Shown here piece by piece: positions 40,608 through 49,928 of a DNA stretch of 64,000 nucleotides. Location: contig JBATUN010000012.1 of NCBI GenBank assembly GCA_049671165.1, positions 23,102-87,101 of the forward strand. The letters are read 5' to 3'. The position numbers and the translations under genes are program-made. The stretch comes from Dehalococcoidia bacterium. GTDB lineage: Bacteria > Chloroflexota > Dehalococcoidia > GIF9 > AB-539-J10. Every line of letters starts with the position of its first letter. Within the stretch, counting starts at the first letter, position 1. Under the pieces are notes generated by a model that searched no databases, was not told the origin of the DNA, and saw only the letters and a program-made list of their open reading frames with translations.

Positions 40608-41561
40608 GTGGGTAGCAGCTCGACAGTCTTAGTGGATACCGACTTACCTCTAACTTTGTTTCGACGGGGCAAGGTAAGAGACGTCTATGGTCTAGATAAT
40701 GGACTACTCATCGTGTCCACTGACCGCATCTCTGCCTTCGATGTTGTCCTACCCTGTGGGATTCCTGATAAGGGGAAAGTCCTCAACCAGCTTTCTGCCT
40801 TCTGGTTTCAGAAAACTACCCATATCCTGCCTAACCACCTTATCAACGTGATTGATGGCGAGGATACACTTCAGGATGTCATTGCGAGGGCTGAAAGCCC
40901 GAAGCAATCTCAAGGGAAAAGACATTCGTCACCTACACTCGGCCCAAGCCTTATCGGCCGCTCTATGCTTGTGGCTAAGGCCGAACGCATACCCGTAGAA
41001 TGCGTTGTTCGAGGCTATCTCTCCGGCTCAGCATGGGCGGAGTATAAGGAGACTGGAAAAGTGGGCGATATCCGTTTGCCCTCGGGAATGAAGGAGAGTC
41101 AGGAACTGTCCCAGCCTGTTTTTACCCCCACTACGAAGAGCGAAACAGAGCATGACCGCCCTTTGACTAATAAAGACATAGGAGAACTGGGCATCGGCAA
41201 AATTTTTGAAGAACTGGAACAAAAAAGCCTGCGTATCTATAGCTATGCTCGGGATTATGCCAAACGCCGGGGCATAATAATTGCCGATACGAAGTTCGAG
41301 TTTGGTTTCGTCAATGGTAAATTAGCCCTTATTGATGAGCTGCTGACGCCGGACTCAAGTCGTTTCTGGGATGCCAGTCAATATGAGGTTGGCCATGCGC
41401 AGCCCAGCTTTGATAAACAGCCGGTTCGCGACTGGCTTTCAGATTCAGGCTGGGATAAAAGACCGCCAGCGCCTATGTTGCCGCCGGAAGTAATAGAGAG
41501 CACATCGAAAAGATATGGCGAGGTATACAGTCGGTTAACCGGGGGCATTCTCAGAGGATAA
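40608..41561 (+). CDS. purC: SAICAR synthetase with a ~30-aa in-frame insertion
   Basis: PurC core (GKVRDVYG, VSTDRISAFD, GRSMLVAKAERIPVECVVRGYLSGS). The insertion at about 40860-40950 contains repeat copy 40877-40909 translating VIARAESPKQSQ. Confidence 0.9.
   Translation: MGSSSTVLVDTDLPLTLFRRGKVRDVYGLDNGLLIVSTDRISAFDVVLPCGIPDKGKVLNQLSAFWFQKTTHILPNHLINVIDGEDTLQDVIARAESPKQSQGKRHSSPTLGPSLIGRSMLVAKAERIPVECVVRGYLSGSAWAEYKETGKVGDIRLPSGMKESQELSQPVFTPTTKSETEHDRPLTNKDIGELGIGKIFEELEQKSLRIYSYARDYAKRRGIIIADTKFEFGFVNGKLALIDELLTPDSSRFWDASQYEVGHAQPSFDKQPVRDWLSDSGWDKRPPAPMLPPEVIESTSKRYGEVYSRLTGGILRG
40877..40909 (+). repeat. Small structured repeat copy 7, in-frame inside purC
   Basis: tgtcattgcgagggctgaaagcccgaagcaatc (inner hairpin gggct/agccc), translated VIARAESPKQS. 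Confidence 0.75.
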
Positions 41562-41620
41562 TAAGACGGAGATTGTCAAGAGAATCAAGACCAAGTTGGG
41601 TACAGTGCTTTGTCACGCTC

Positions 41621-42589
41621 CTATCCAGACAATACCTTGACCAACCGCAACAAGTTGCTATCCAGTTCCTTACTTTTCTCCCAGGTTTCCCTCAAGGGAG
41701 TGAAAGCTATCTCTCCCTTCAGCTCCCCCGCCATGTAGCCTGACATACCCTTAACCAGGGCATCCACAGCCGCTGCTCCTAACTTACTCGCGAGAACTCT
41801 ATCCCTGGCTGTAGGTGAGCCACCTCTCTGGACATGCCCCAGCACGCAAATTCGGTACTCTAGCCTTAATCTCTCCCATACCTGTTGAGCGATGGATAAC
41901 GCACCGCCTGCATCATCTCCTTCAGCAACTATCACGATAGAGGATTTTTTGCCTCTCTTGAAGCTGCGCCTTATATCAAGGGAAAGCTGTTCTGGTTTTG
42001 TCTCTACTTCCGGAATCAAGATATTTTCGGCTCCGCCAGCAATTCCTACCTCCAGTGCAATGAATCCCCTACACTTTCCCATGACCTCGACGAAAAAGGG
42101 GCGTTGCAGCGACCCCGCAGTATCTCTGATCTTATCTATGGCATCCAAAGCTGTATTTATGGCAGTATCGAAGCCGATAGTGTAGTCCGTGCCATACACA
42201 TCGTTATCTATCGTGCCCGGAATGCCAATCACCTTCACGTTTCCTGCTTTGCCCAGGGCTGTGGCCCCCCGAAAGGTGCCATCCCCGCCTATAGTTATCA
42301 ACCCTTCGATGCCTTCGCGCCGGAGGACTTCATTTGCCTTCCTTATGCCTTCTTTAGTCTTCATTTCCTCACAGCGAGCTGTTTCCAGGATAGTGCCTCC
42401 ACGTTGGATAATGTTGGAGACCGACCTGCTGCCTAACTTTATGAAGTCCTCCTCCAATATACCGCAGTATCCTCGCCGAATTCCCACGATCTCCAACTTT
42501 CGGCTAACCCCGCACCGGACTATAGCCCTGAGGCAGGCATTCATTCCTGGAGCGTCACCGCCGCTGGTCAACACGCCAATCCTTTTCAT
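41621..42589 (-). CDS. pfkA: 6-phosphofructokinase
   Basis: N-terminus MKRIGVLTSGGDAPGMNA and PFK family GGDG motif. Confidence 0.93.
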   Translation of the reverse strand: MKRIGVLTSGGDAPGMNACLRAIVRCGVSRKLEIVGIRRGYCGILEEDFIKLGSRSVSNIIQRGGTILETARCEEMKTKEGIRKANEVLRREGIEGLITIGGDGTFRGATALGKAGNVKVIGIPGTIDNDVYGTDYTIGFDTAINTALDAIDKIRDTAGSLQRPFFVEVMGKCRGFIALEVGIAGGAENILIPEVETKPEQLSLDIRRSFKRGKKSSIVIVAEGDDAGGALSIAQQVWERLRLEYRICVLGHVQRGGSPTARDRVLASKLGAAAVDALVKGMSGYMAGELKGEIAFTPLRETWEKSKELDSNLLRLVKVLSG

Positions 42590-42645
42590 AATATCCTCCG
42601 ATGCAGCGCTATTCTACCATGAAATTCCTGGCTTCCTTGCGTCCC

Positions 42646-43182
42646 TTAGATTTTGTAGCTATCTCGATAATATACTAACAAGTATAACTCTCTAAGCAGG
42701 TCAGACTCGTTGTGCTTTATGATTTGCTGCAGATAGTTATCGTCCCTTGTGTGAAGGAATCTTTGCCATAGCAGAGGGACATCTCTGCCGCTGATGACCG
42801 GCTCATTAAAATAGTGCTCCGCATGGGAAAACAGCTCGTCTAGCTTGGGCCACTTGAGGTAGAGCGCCTCGGCCTTTTCCTTCCAGGGCTGGAACAAGTC
42901 TATTCCTTCTATATCGATCCCTTTAGCTTGAAGAAATCCTTTCTCGAAGGAGAGATTGTAGGCGTAGAACGGCCTGGGGAGAGTGGAAACGAGTTCAGCA
43001 AGCTGAACAGTGAACGGTGCTTCCTCTTCCGAATTCCGGCAAATTATCTCGAGGCGGCTTCCTTGAATGTAACCAAAGAGCACTATCTCATCGTGGTCCA
43101 CATCAAGACCGGTGGTCTCTATGTCAATCAAGGTTCCCTGTGGGATACCCAGCATCAGCTCTCGGCCGTATGAGGTAATCAT
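42646..43182 (-). CDS. DnaQ-like 3'-5' exonuclease / RNase H-like fold protein
   Basis: DEDD motif I LIDIETTGL. Possible motif II AYNLSFEKGFL. Confidence 0.45.
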   Translation of the reverse strand: MITSYGRELMLGIPQGTLIDIETTGLDVDHDEIVLFGYIQGSRLEIICRNSEEEAPFTVQLAELVSTLPRPFYAYNLSFEKGFLQAKGIDIEGIDLFQPWKEKAEALYLKWPKLDELFSHAEHYFNEPVISGRDVPLLWQRFLHTRDDNYLQQIIKHNESDLLRELYLLVYYRDSYKI

Positions 43183-43716
43183 ACCTGAATCTTCTTGCTT
43201 TCGCCATTATTATACAAGCCACATTGCACCAAAGATAGCATGATTCCGAACCCTGTCTTCCATCTACTGAGATGAATGCCAAACCACATGGTAGATAATG
43301 AGAAGAGCGAGCTCCAAATTCTGGAGCTCGCTCCTGAATATCGCTATTCAGTTTCGAATCACCCCTACTCTTCCACTTCAGCTTCCGGCTGAACTGCCGT
43401 TGCCCCTTCTTGGGAGCCTTGCCTTACAGACGAAGAGCTCGGGGCTTCCAATTGCTCTCCAGCAACGCACCCTACCTATCGAAGCTACCCCACCCCTTAC
43501 GTTGTCGGAGAGCTCCGATAAGGAAACACCCATCGGCATAACCAGGCTTCTGTCCGTGTCATGCGCCACCTCCTTGCCAGGCATCGACTCTCGTTGCCTA
43601 ACATTCATATGTTAGCAGAATACGAACATCGTGTCAAGAGATTATGCTGACTCTCTTCGGATTGGAGGCGGCTTGTACCTCGCCCGGGCTATTCGAGCCA
43701 TCCCGGCTGCTGTGCT

Positions 43717-44688
43717 CTACCTAGTGATCCGCGTGCCGGTGTTGCCCTGAAGTGCCGCTAGAGCGGTTTCAGGAAGGGTTATGATCACCTCCCGTTCCTC
43801 GCGCTGGTCAGGGGTCGCTTCTTCCAGAAACATTATGGCTGCCCGTATTTTTGGCTCCATGCTTCCCTTGCCGAATTGGCCCTCGTCCAGGAGCTTCTTT
43901 GCTTCAACCACACTCAGGGTCTTCAAGGCCTTCTGGTGAGGTGTGGCGAAGTCTCGATATACATACTCCACTGCGGTAAGAATAAACAGGACATCAGCGT
44001 CTATCTCGATAGCCAGACGAGCCGAGGCGTAGTCCTTGTCAATTACCGCTTCAACGCCGCGCAGATTGCGGTTATCCTCTCTAATGCCGGGGATGCCACC
44101 ACCACCCACGGCGACCACTATCTCGCCCGCATCCAGCATACTCTTTATGATCCGCGCCTGCTGGAGGCTGATGGGCATCGGCGAAGCGACTACGCGCCTG
44201 TAGCCCCGGGCACTGTCTTGGATGATATGCCAGCCTTTCTCCTGCCGGAGTCGTGCCGCTTCACTCTCAGAATAGAAAGGGCCGATTGGCTTGGACGGGC
44301 TCTGAAAAGCAGGGTCGTTCCTGTCCACGACAACCTGACTTACCACAGTGGTGATGTTATGTGGCTTCCCTGCCTGTCTCAGGCAGTTAGCCAGCGTGTT
44401 CTGAATCATGTAACCCATGAAGCCTTCTGTAGCGGCTACACAGATGTCCAGCGGCATGGGCGGTACCATATCCTGTGCCATCGTGCTGGCTAGAAGCAGG
44501 TTGCCTACCTGTGGCCCGTTCCCGTGAGCGATTACGATACGGCTCCCGCTGCTGAGCAGTCCCAGCAACTGGTCGGCGGTGCGCCGCAGGTTCTCATATT
44601 GCTCCTCGATGGTTCCGCTCTGCCCTGCCCTGAGGATACAGTTGCCCCCAAGGGCGACGACAAAGGTCTTGGTTCTGTCCCTGGTCAT
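43717..44688 (-). CDS. arcC: Carbamate kinase (amino-acid kinase family)
   Basis: N-terminus KTFVVALGGNCIL and IAHGNGPQVG. 323 aa. Confidence 0.7.
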   Translation of the reverse strand: MTRDRTKTFVVALGGNCILRAGQSGTIEEQYENLRRTADQLLGLLSSGSRIVIAHGNGPQVGNLLLASTMAQDMVPPMPLDICVAATEGFMGYMIQNTLANCLRQAGKPHNITTVVSQVVVDRNDPAFQSPSKPIGPFYSESEAARLRQEKGWHIIQDSARGYRRVVASPMPISLQQARIIKSMLDAGEIVVAVGGGGIPGIREDNRNLRGVEAVIDKDYASARLAIEIDADVLFILTAVEYVYRDFATPHQKALKTLSVVEAKKLLDEGQFGKGSMEPKIRAAIMFLEEATPDQREEREVIITLPETALAALQGNTGTRITR

Positions 44689-46145
44689 TGCTTCTTATTT
44701 CTCAGCGATGCGCTGTGACGAGTAGAGGTCGCACCCTCGCTCCCGTCATTCTGGGAGTCATGGAGGAGATTGCGAGCCCGTGCAAACTCTGACAATATTT
44801 CCTCAAGATTGGGCGATCCCACTTCCTGAAGTTCGTAAGAAACCCTGGTATGCGGTTTTCTCATGTCGATGATTCGGCTCAAGTCGATGGGTGTTGCCAC
44901 CATCACCGCATCGCAGTCGACCCTGTTGATAGTGGCCTCCAGATGTTCTAGCTGTCGTGTGCTGTACCCGATAGCCGGTAGGATCGGTCCAATACCTGGA
45001 TAATTCCTGAAGGCTTGGGCGATGCTCTCGACCGCGTAGGGTCTGGGATCTACAAGTTCTGCTGCGCCGCCTTGCCGGGCAGCAATAGTGCCCGCACCAT
45101 AGGCCATTCCCCCGTGCGTCAGCGTCGGTCCGTCCTCGATGACCAGGACTCTCTTGCCCTTGATAAGGTTCGGATTATCAATCTGAATCACGGATGCAGC
45201 GTCGACCATGATCGCATTGGGATTTACTGTGGCAATGCTCTCCCGCACCTTCCGTACGTTCTCGGGAGCCGCGCTGTCGATTTTATTGATAACCACCACG
45301 TCGGCCATTCGCAAGTTGACTTCCCCTGCATAATACGAGACCTCATGGCCGGCACGGTGAGGGTCGGCGACAGTTACCATTAAGTCGGGCTGAAAAAACG
45401 GGAAGTCGTTGTTTCCCCCGTCCCACACGATGACATCACAGCCTTCCGGGTCGTCCTCGCCAGCCTTCAGAATGGCCCTGTAATCGGCCCCAGCGTATAC
45501 GATAGTTCCCCGTACCAAGTGTGGCTCATATTCTTCTATCTCTTCGATGGTGCAGTTGTGTTTCTTCAAGTCGGCCAGCTCGGCAAGGCGCTGCACCCCT
45601 TGCTTCATCAGTTCGCCGTACGGCATCGGATGACGTACAGCGATGACTCTTAGGCCTTTTTTCTTTAGAAGCTCTATGATCCTCCTCGAAGTCTGGCTTT
45701 TACCGGAGCCTGTCCTCACCGCACACACCGCGATAACGGGTCTGTTGCTCTTCAGCATTGTGTCCTTTGGGCCAAGCATCATGTAAGTTGCTCCGGCTGC
45801 ATTCACGATTGCACCGATGTGCATCACGTGCTGGTAGGAGATATCACTGTACGCAAATACGCAGTCATCGACATTCAACTCTTCTATCAGCCGGGGCAAG
45901 TCTTCCTCTGCATAGATCGGAATTCCCTCCGGATATAGTTCACCCGACAGCTCAGGGGGATATTTTTTCCCGGAGATGCCCGGCACTTGTTGCGAGCCAG
46001 TGAATCCTACTACATTGTAGCGTTTGTTATTCCTGAAAAACACGTTGAAGTTGTGAAAGTCTCTTCCCGCTGAGCCTATGATGATGACGTTTCTCCTTGT
46101 CATGATGATGGTCTTCCTCCAGCGTTCGTTTTTCGCCTTCCTCAA
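44685..46145 (-). CDS. P-loop NTPase domain protein (cyclic-2,3-diphosphoglycerate-synthetase-like / DUF1611-like)
   Basis: Walker A GSGKS and Rossmann-like N-terminal segment. Overlaps the carbamate kinase start by 4 nt. Confidence 0.3.
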   Translation of the reverse strand: MRKAKNERWRKTIIMTRRNVIIIGSAGRDFHNFNVFFRNNKRYNVVGFTGSQQVPGISGKKYPPELSGELYPEGIPIYAEEDLPRLIEELNVDDCVFAYSDISYQHVMHIGAIVNAAGATYMMLGPKDTMLKSNRPVIAVCAVRTGSGKSQTSRRIIELLKKKGLRVIAVRHPMPYGELMKQGVQRLAELADLKKHNCTIEEIEEYEPHLVRGTIVYAGADYRAILKAGEDDPEGCDVIVWDGGNNDFPFFQPDLMVTVADPHRAGHEVSYYAGEVNLRMADVVVINKIDSAAPENVRKVRESIATVNPNAIMVDAASVIQIDNPNLIKGKRVLVIEDGPTLTHGGMAYGAGTIAARQGGAAELVDPRPYAVESIAQAFRNYPGIGPILPAIGYSTRQLEHLEATINRVDCDAVMVATPIDLSRIIDMRKPHTRVSYELQEVGSPNLEEILSEFARARNLLHDSQNDGSEGATSTRHSASLRNKKQ

Positions 46146-46367
46146 TGACCCAAAATATTAGCACATCTCGCCCTTTTGTGAATAGCTATACTTTGTTATG
46201 GACGGTGGCGAGGTCTGGCACAATAATGTGGTGGATGTCCTTCCGGCATTGATCGTGCCCTAGAGCCGAGTTACAGTTGACATAAAGCGTATTAATAGAG
46301 AGTGTTGCTTCTACTGGCGCACCTACGACGAAGTTGTCAAACAGATACCGGAAGTCAAGAGCACTGA

Positions 46368-46465
46368 GGACAGGTGTCCGCGCTGCGGAGCAGCCATGGG
46401 GGCACACCACTGCCGTGCCGGGGGCTTCTTTTGTCCCCTGTTATGAAGCTCCTTTACATACTCCC
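46368..46465 (+). repeat. Conserved ~95-bp block, copy 1 (candidate zinc-ribbon micro-ORF / leader) upstream of GNAT gene
   Basis: Aligns with 47333-47428. Contains GGAG-N5-ATG and an ORF ending ...CPRCGAAMGAHHCRAGGFFCPLL*. Confidence 0.5.
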
Positions 46466-46567
46466 TTGCTGAGGTTATCATATGCCGTATTTAAGTGGGC
46501 CTGGGCTCCGGGCCAGTATCCGATTTAATACGGCAAAGCTAGCTCAAGGATAGAAGGAGGTATTCAA

Positions 46568-47107
46568 ATGCTAAGGGGCAAGAGCGTTCTTCTACGGCCG
46601 TTTAAGAGGTCGGATATCTCATATTTTCTGAAATGGTTTAATGACCCGGAGGTAGTCCAGTATCTTGACATGTATCTGCCGATGACTGAAATGGCCGAGG
46701 AGAAATTCATCGAAGAACTGGGCACCACAAGGGCGATAAGCGATGTTTTTTTTGTTATCGAAGTGATCGAAGGTGACTCAACTAAACCTATCGGCAACTG
46801 CGGTCTGCACCAGATTAACCCAAAGGACCACAATGCCATTTTTGGAATCATCATAGGCGAAAAGGATTACTGGAGCAAAGGCTACGGTGTAGAGGGTGCC
46901 CGGCTGCTGATTAACTACGGCTTTGAACAATTGAATCTACATCGCATCTCATCGGCTGCAGTCGCCTTCAACGAACGCAGCATTAAGCTCCATAAGAAAC
47001 TCGACTTTCGCGAAGAAGGCCGCCTGCGGCAAGCCATGTTCAAGAACGGGCAATATCATGACCGGGTGGAGTTCGGCATCCTGAGGGAGGAGTGGAAGGG
47101 ATTTTGA
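46568..47107 (+). CDS. GNAT family N-acetyltransferase (RimJ/RimL-like)
   Basis: GNAT core (NCGLHQINPKDHNAIFGIIIGEKDYWSKGYG). Confidence 0.75.
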   Translation: MLRGKSVLLRPFKRSDISYFLKWFNDPEVVQYLDMYLPMTEMAEEKFIEELGTTRAISDVFFVIEVIEGDSTKPIGNCGLHQINPKDHNAIFGIIIGEKDYWSKGYGVEGARLLINYGFEQLNLHRISSAAVAFNERSIKLHKKLDFREEGRLRQAMFKNGQYHDRVEFGILREEWKGF

Positions 47108-47332
47108 CGGTGAAGCAGGGTAGTAAAAAGTGGCTACAGAAACAGGATTTCGGCCAACGCAGTTGACCACTCTCTTCGCCAAGAAAACGTGGAATTAGGG
47201 ATGGGTGGTAATCGGGATTCTTTTGGGTATCGATGCCATGGTCGTGGGCACTGCCTTTGGTTTTGACATAATGTTGCCGGTCATCTGTAATGACTTAGGA
47301 ACAGACTTACGCCAGTCATGATGAAATTAGCT

Positions 47333-47428
47333 GTCCCTGCTGTGGAGCAAGCATGGGCAAGTACCATTGCCGCACCTGCGGCTTCTCCCGTCCATTGTTA
47401 TGAAGTTCCTTTACTATCCTCCCTCAGA
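47333..47428 (+). repeat. Conserved ~95-bp block, copy 2, upstream of membrane-protein gene
   Basis: ORF ending ...SCPCCGASMGKYHCRTCGFSRPLL* (CPxCG-N8-CxxCG zinc-ribbon knuckles). GGAG-N5-ATG is conserved. Confidence 0.5.
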
Positions 47429-47433
47429 AATTA

Positions 47434-47787
47434 TTGACAAGTCTCTTGATAATAGTGGTATCATGTTCTTATAAAACCAATATAAAGTTGGTGGTCAAGT
47501 GTGTGGGTCAAAAGGTCCGCTGTAGAATGAAGAAGTTCTTTGAGGAAATATGGTGTGCAAACTGGTGGGGAAACATCTGGTATAGAAGCTTGTTTCCACT
47601 AATTCCTCTAGGCATAGGAATAGGATTGTGCAACTTGCCAGGAACCGCTACAGGAGTCGCTGGGTTGGTTTTCATAGGAATTGGCATAGGAAATTTCTGG
47701 TCGGGACTCGGGAATAGCATCAGGGAAGGCAGAAAGCAAGTGGCTGAAGTATGCGGTGAGAGAGAAAGGCAAGGAAAACCAAAGTGA
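47434..47787 (+). CDS. Small hydrophobic membrane protein (hypothetical)
   Basis: Gly/Ile-rich TM segments (LIPLGIGIGL, LVFIGIGIG). Start uncertain; 47527 is possible. Confidence 0.35.
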   Translation: MTSLLIIVVSCSYKTNIKLVVKCVGQKVRCRMKKFFEEIWCANWWGNIWYRSLFPLIPLGIGIGLCNLPGTATGVAGLVFIGIGIGNFWSGLGNSIREGRKQVAEVCGERERQGKPK

Positions 47788-47903
47788 GTAATACTGCCAA
47801 CGAATTTTGTACCCCTGAAGTGAACCTACTTTTGATACAACTGCCTGACTTTTGATACAGAAGACATTTATGATACAAAGCTTGTCAAGGGAGAGCAATC
47901 ACA

Positions 47904-48725
47904 TCAGCTTGTTCCGTGACTGCCGCCGGCCCGCCTGCCATAGCTGTGCGGCGGGCAGGCTGTGATAAGAGTGGTAGGCAACTTATTAATGGGGTGGGGA
48001 TAAACACATACTTCGGCTCCGTAAACCCTCTTGATATTCGGCGCTGTGAGTATGTCGAGTGGCGTGCCTTCAGCGTAAACTTTCCCTCCATTTAGCATGA
48101 CCAGCCAATCACAGTATTGGGCAGCCAAGTTCAAATCATGTAAAGCGATAATGACGGTCAAACTCTGCTCCAGGCAAAGACTCTTGACCAGATTGAGAAT
48201 CTCGACTTGATGGTTTATATCCAGATTAGCAGTTGGCTCGTCAAGGAGCATCGCCTTTGGCTGCTGGGTTAGTGCCCGGGCGATAATAAGCCTCTGTCTC
48301 TCTCCTCCTGAGAGCTCACTTAGTCTGCGCTCAGCGAAGGATTGGGTATGCGTTGCCTCCATCGCTTGCCAGGCGATAGCCAGGTCTTTTCCTCCCTCGT
48401 AGCGAAGAAGCCCGAGGTGAGGCGTTCGTCCCATAAGCACCACTTCAAAAGCCGTGAAAGCCCCGGGCAAGGCCGGGCTTTGCGGCACCGTGGCCACAAG
48501 GCGAGCCAGTTCATCTCGCTTAATAGTCCGTATATCGCGGCCATCAATCGAGATATGCCCGGAGAACAGGTCTATTGTCCGGGTCATGCCCTTGATTAAT
48601 GTCGACTTCCCCGAGCCATTGGGGCCAACCAGCCCCAGTATTTGGCCGGGCTTAGCTTTCATAGTCACATCGTGCAGGATGGCTCGATGGTCGTAACCCA
48701 GGCTGACATTGTCCAGCTCAATCAT
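47904..48725 (-). CDS. btuD: ABC transporter ATP-binding protein (cobalamin/siderophore type)
   Basis: Walker A GPNGSGKST, signature LSGGERQR, Walker B LLDEP. Confidence 0.85.
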   Translation of the reverse strand: MIELDNVSLGYDHRAILHDVTMKAKPGQILGLVGPNGSGKSTLIKGMTRTIDLFSGHISIDGRDIRTIKRDELARLVATVPQSPALPGAFTAFEVVLMGRTPHLGLLRYEGGKDLAIAWQAMEATHTQSFAERRLSELSGGERQRLIIARALTQQPKAMLLDEPTANLDINHQVEILNLVKSLCLEQSLTVIIALHDLNLAAQYCDWLVMLNGGKVYAEGTPLDILTAPNIKRVYGAEVCVYPHPINKLPTTLITACPPHSYGRRAGGSHGTS

Positions 48726-48739
48726 AGCGTCTTATCCTT

Positions 48740-49852
48740 TTAGAAGAAAGCGAGTCCTTTTCTTCTGCGCAGTAGATAAAGGAAGAACGGTGCTCCACAG
48801 AAAGCAGTAATTATTCCTACGGGAATCTCCGTAGGAGGAATTATGGTACGGGCTAAGGTGTCGGCCAGGATGAGGAAGACGGCGCCAACCAGCGTGGATA
48901 GAGGGAGCAAAAACCGGTAGTCCGGCCCCCAAATAAGCCTCACTGCATGAGGGACAAGTATGCCGACGAAACCGATAAGGCCGGTGAAGCAAATCGCTGA
49001 GGAAGTGATAAGGGTGGCAGCCGCCAGTAATATGAGCTTGACCCTTTCCACATTGATGCCCAGTTGTTGGGCCTGCTCTTCGTCAAGCTGCATGACATTG
49101 AGCGGTCGGGCATGAATCCAGATGACTACAAGGCCTGCTAATACACAAGGAAGGACCGTCCATACCTCAGACCATTTAGTTAGGTAGAGTCCACCCAGCA
49201 GCCAGAATACAATCCCACGTAGTTCTTCACCGGAAATGGCCATAAGATAGGAGGTGATGGAGGCCAGAAAAGCACTTAGAGCTACTCCAGCCAGGATAAG
49301 CGTGGTGGCGGGCAGGGTTTTGCCGACACGAGCCAGCAAATAGACCACAGCGACGGCACCTACGGCACCGATGAAGGCAAATAAGGGCACGGCCCCAAAA
49401 GCCATCCAGGCTAATGTGAACGGAATAAGCATGGCAATGGTAGCTCCCAGTCCGGCTCCTGAGGCCACACCTAAAAGATAAGGGTCGGCCAGAGGATTGC
49501 GAAACAGTCCTTGATAAGTAGCTCCGGCTACTGCCAGGGCTGCTCCTACTAGACCTGCCAGAAGGACGCGTGGCAGCCTGATATCCAGGATTATCGTTTT
49601 CAGAATTTCCAGGCTCAACGGCGCTCCGAAAATTTCGGGAGAAGAAGGGGTAATATGAACGAAGGGCAGTTGAGAGAGAAGGACTTGAAAAGTAGTGGTA
49701 AAGGGTATGGGAACGCTTCCCAGAGTAGTCGCAAATACGACTACCACTACCAATAGTGCCGCAAGCCCCAGTATAGAGTAGACTCTACTTTGCCAGCGAA
49801 TGGCAAAAGGGATAACAGGCTCGCTAAATGCCTCAGATGTAGTGCGTGCCAT
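48740..49852 (-). CDS. btuC: FecCD/BtuC-family ABC permease
   Basis: Polytopic membrane protein with FecCD-type topology. 370 aa. Confidence 0.85.
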   Translation of the reverse strand: MARTTSEAFSEPVIPFAIRWQSRVYSILGLAALLVVVVVFATTLGSVPIPFTTTFQVLLSQLPFVHITPSSPEIFGAPLSLEILKTIILDIRLPRVLLAGLVGAALAVAGATYQGLFRNPLADPYLLGVASGAGLGATIAMLIPFTLAWMAFGAVPLFAFIGAVGAVAVVYLLARVGKTLPATTLILAGVALSAFLASITSYLMAISGEELRGIVFWLLGGLYLTKWSEVWTVLPCVLAGLVVIWIHARPLNVMQLDEEQAQQLGINVERVKLILLAAATLITSSAICFTGLIGFVGILVPHAVRLIWGPDYRFLLPLSTLVGAVFLILADTLARTIIPPTEIPVGIITAFCGAPFFLYLLRRRKGLAFF

Positions 49853-49928
49853 GGCTAGATAAACCCTACGTAAATATCAAAAATGAAAGATAAGAAATCA
49901 AAATTACAGTTCAAAAAGCAAAAATACT

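Noticed and set aside
43183-43716. RNase P RNA / tmRNA / SRP RNA in the 530-bp gap
   Set aside because: None of the diagnostic strings (AGGAAAGUCCGGGC, tmRNA tag/3' end, SRP GGAAG...loop) are present on either strand.
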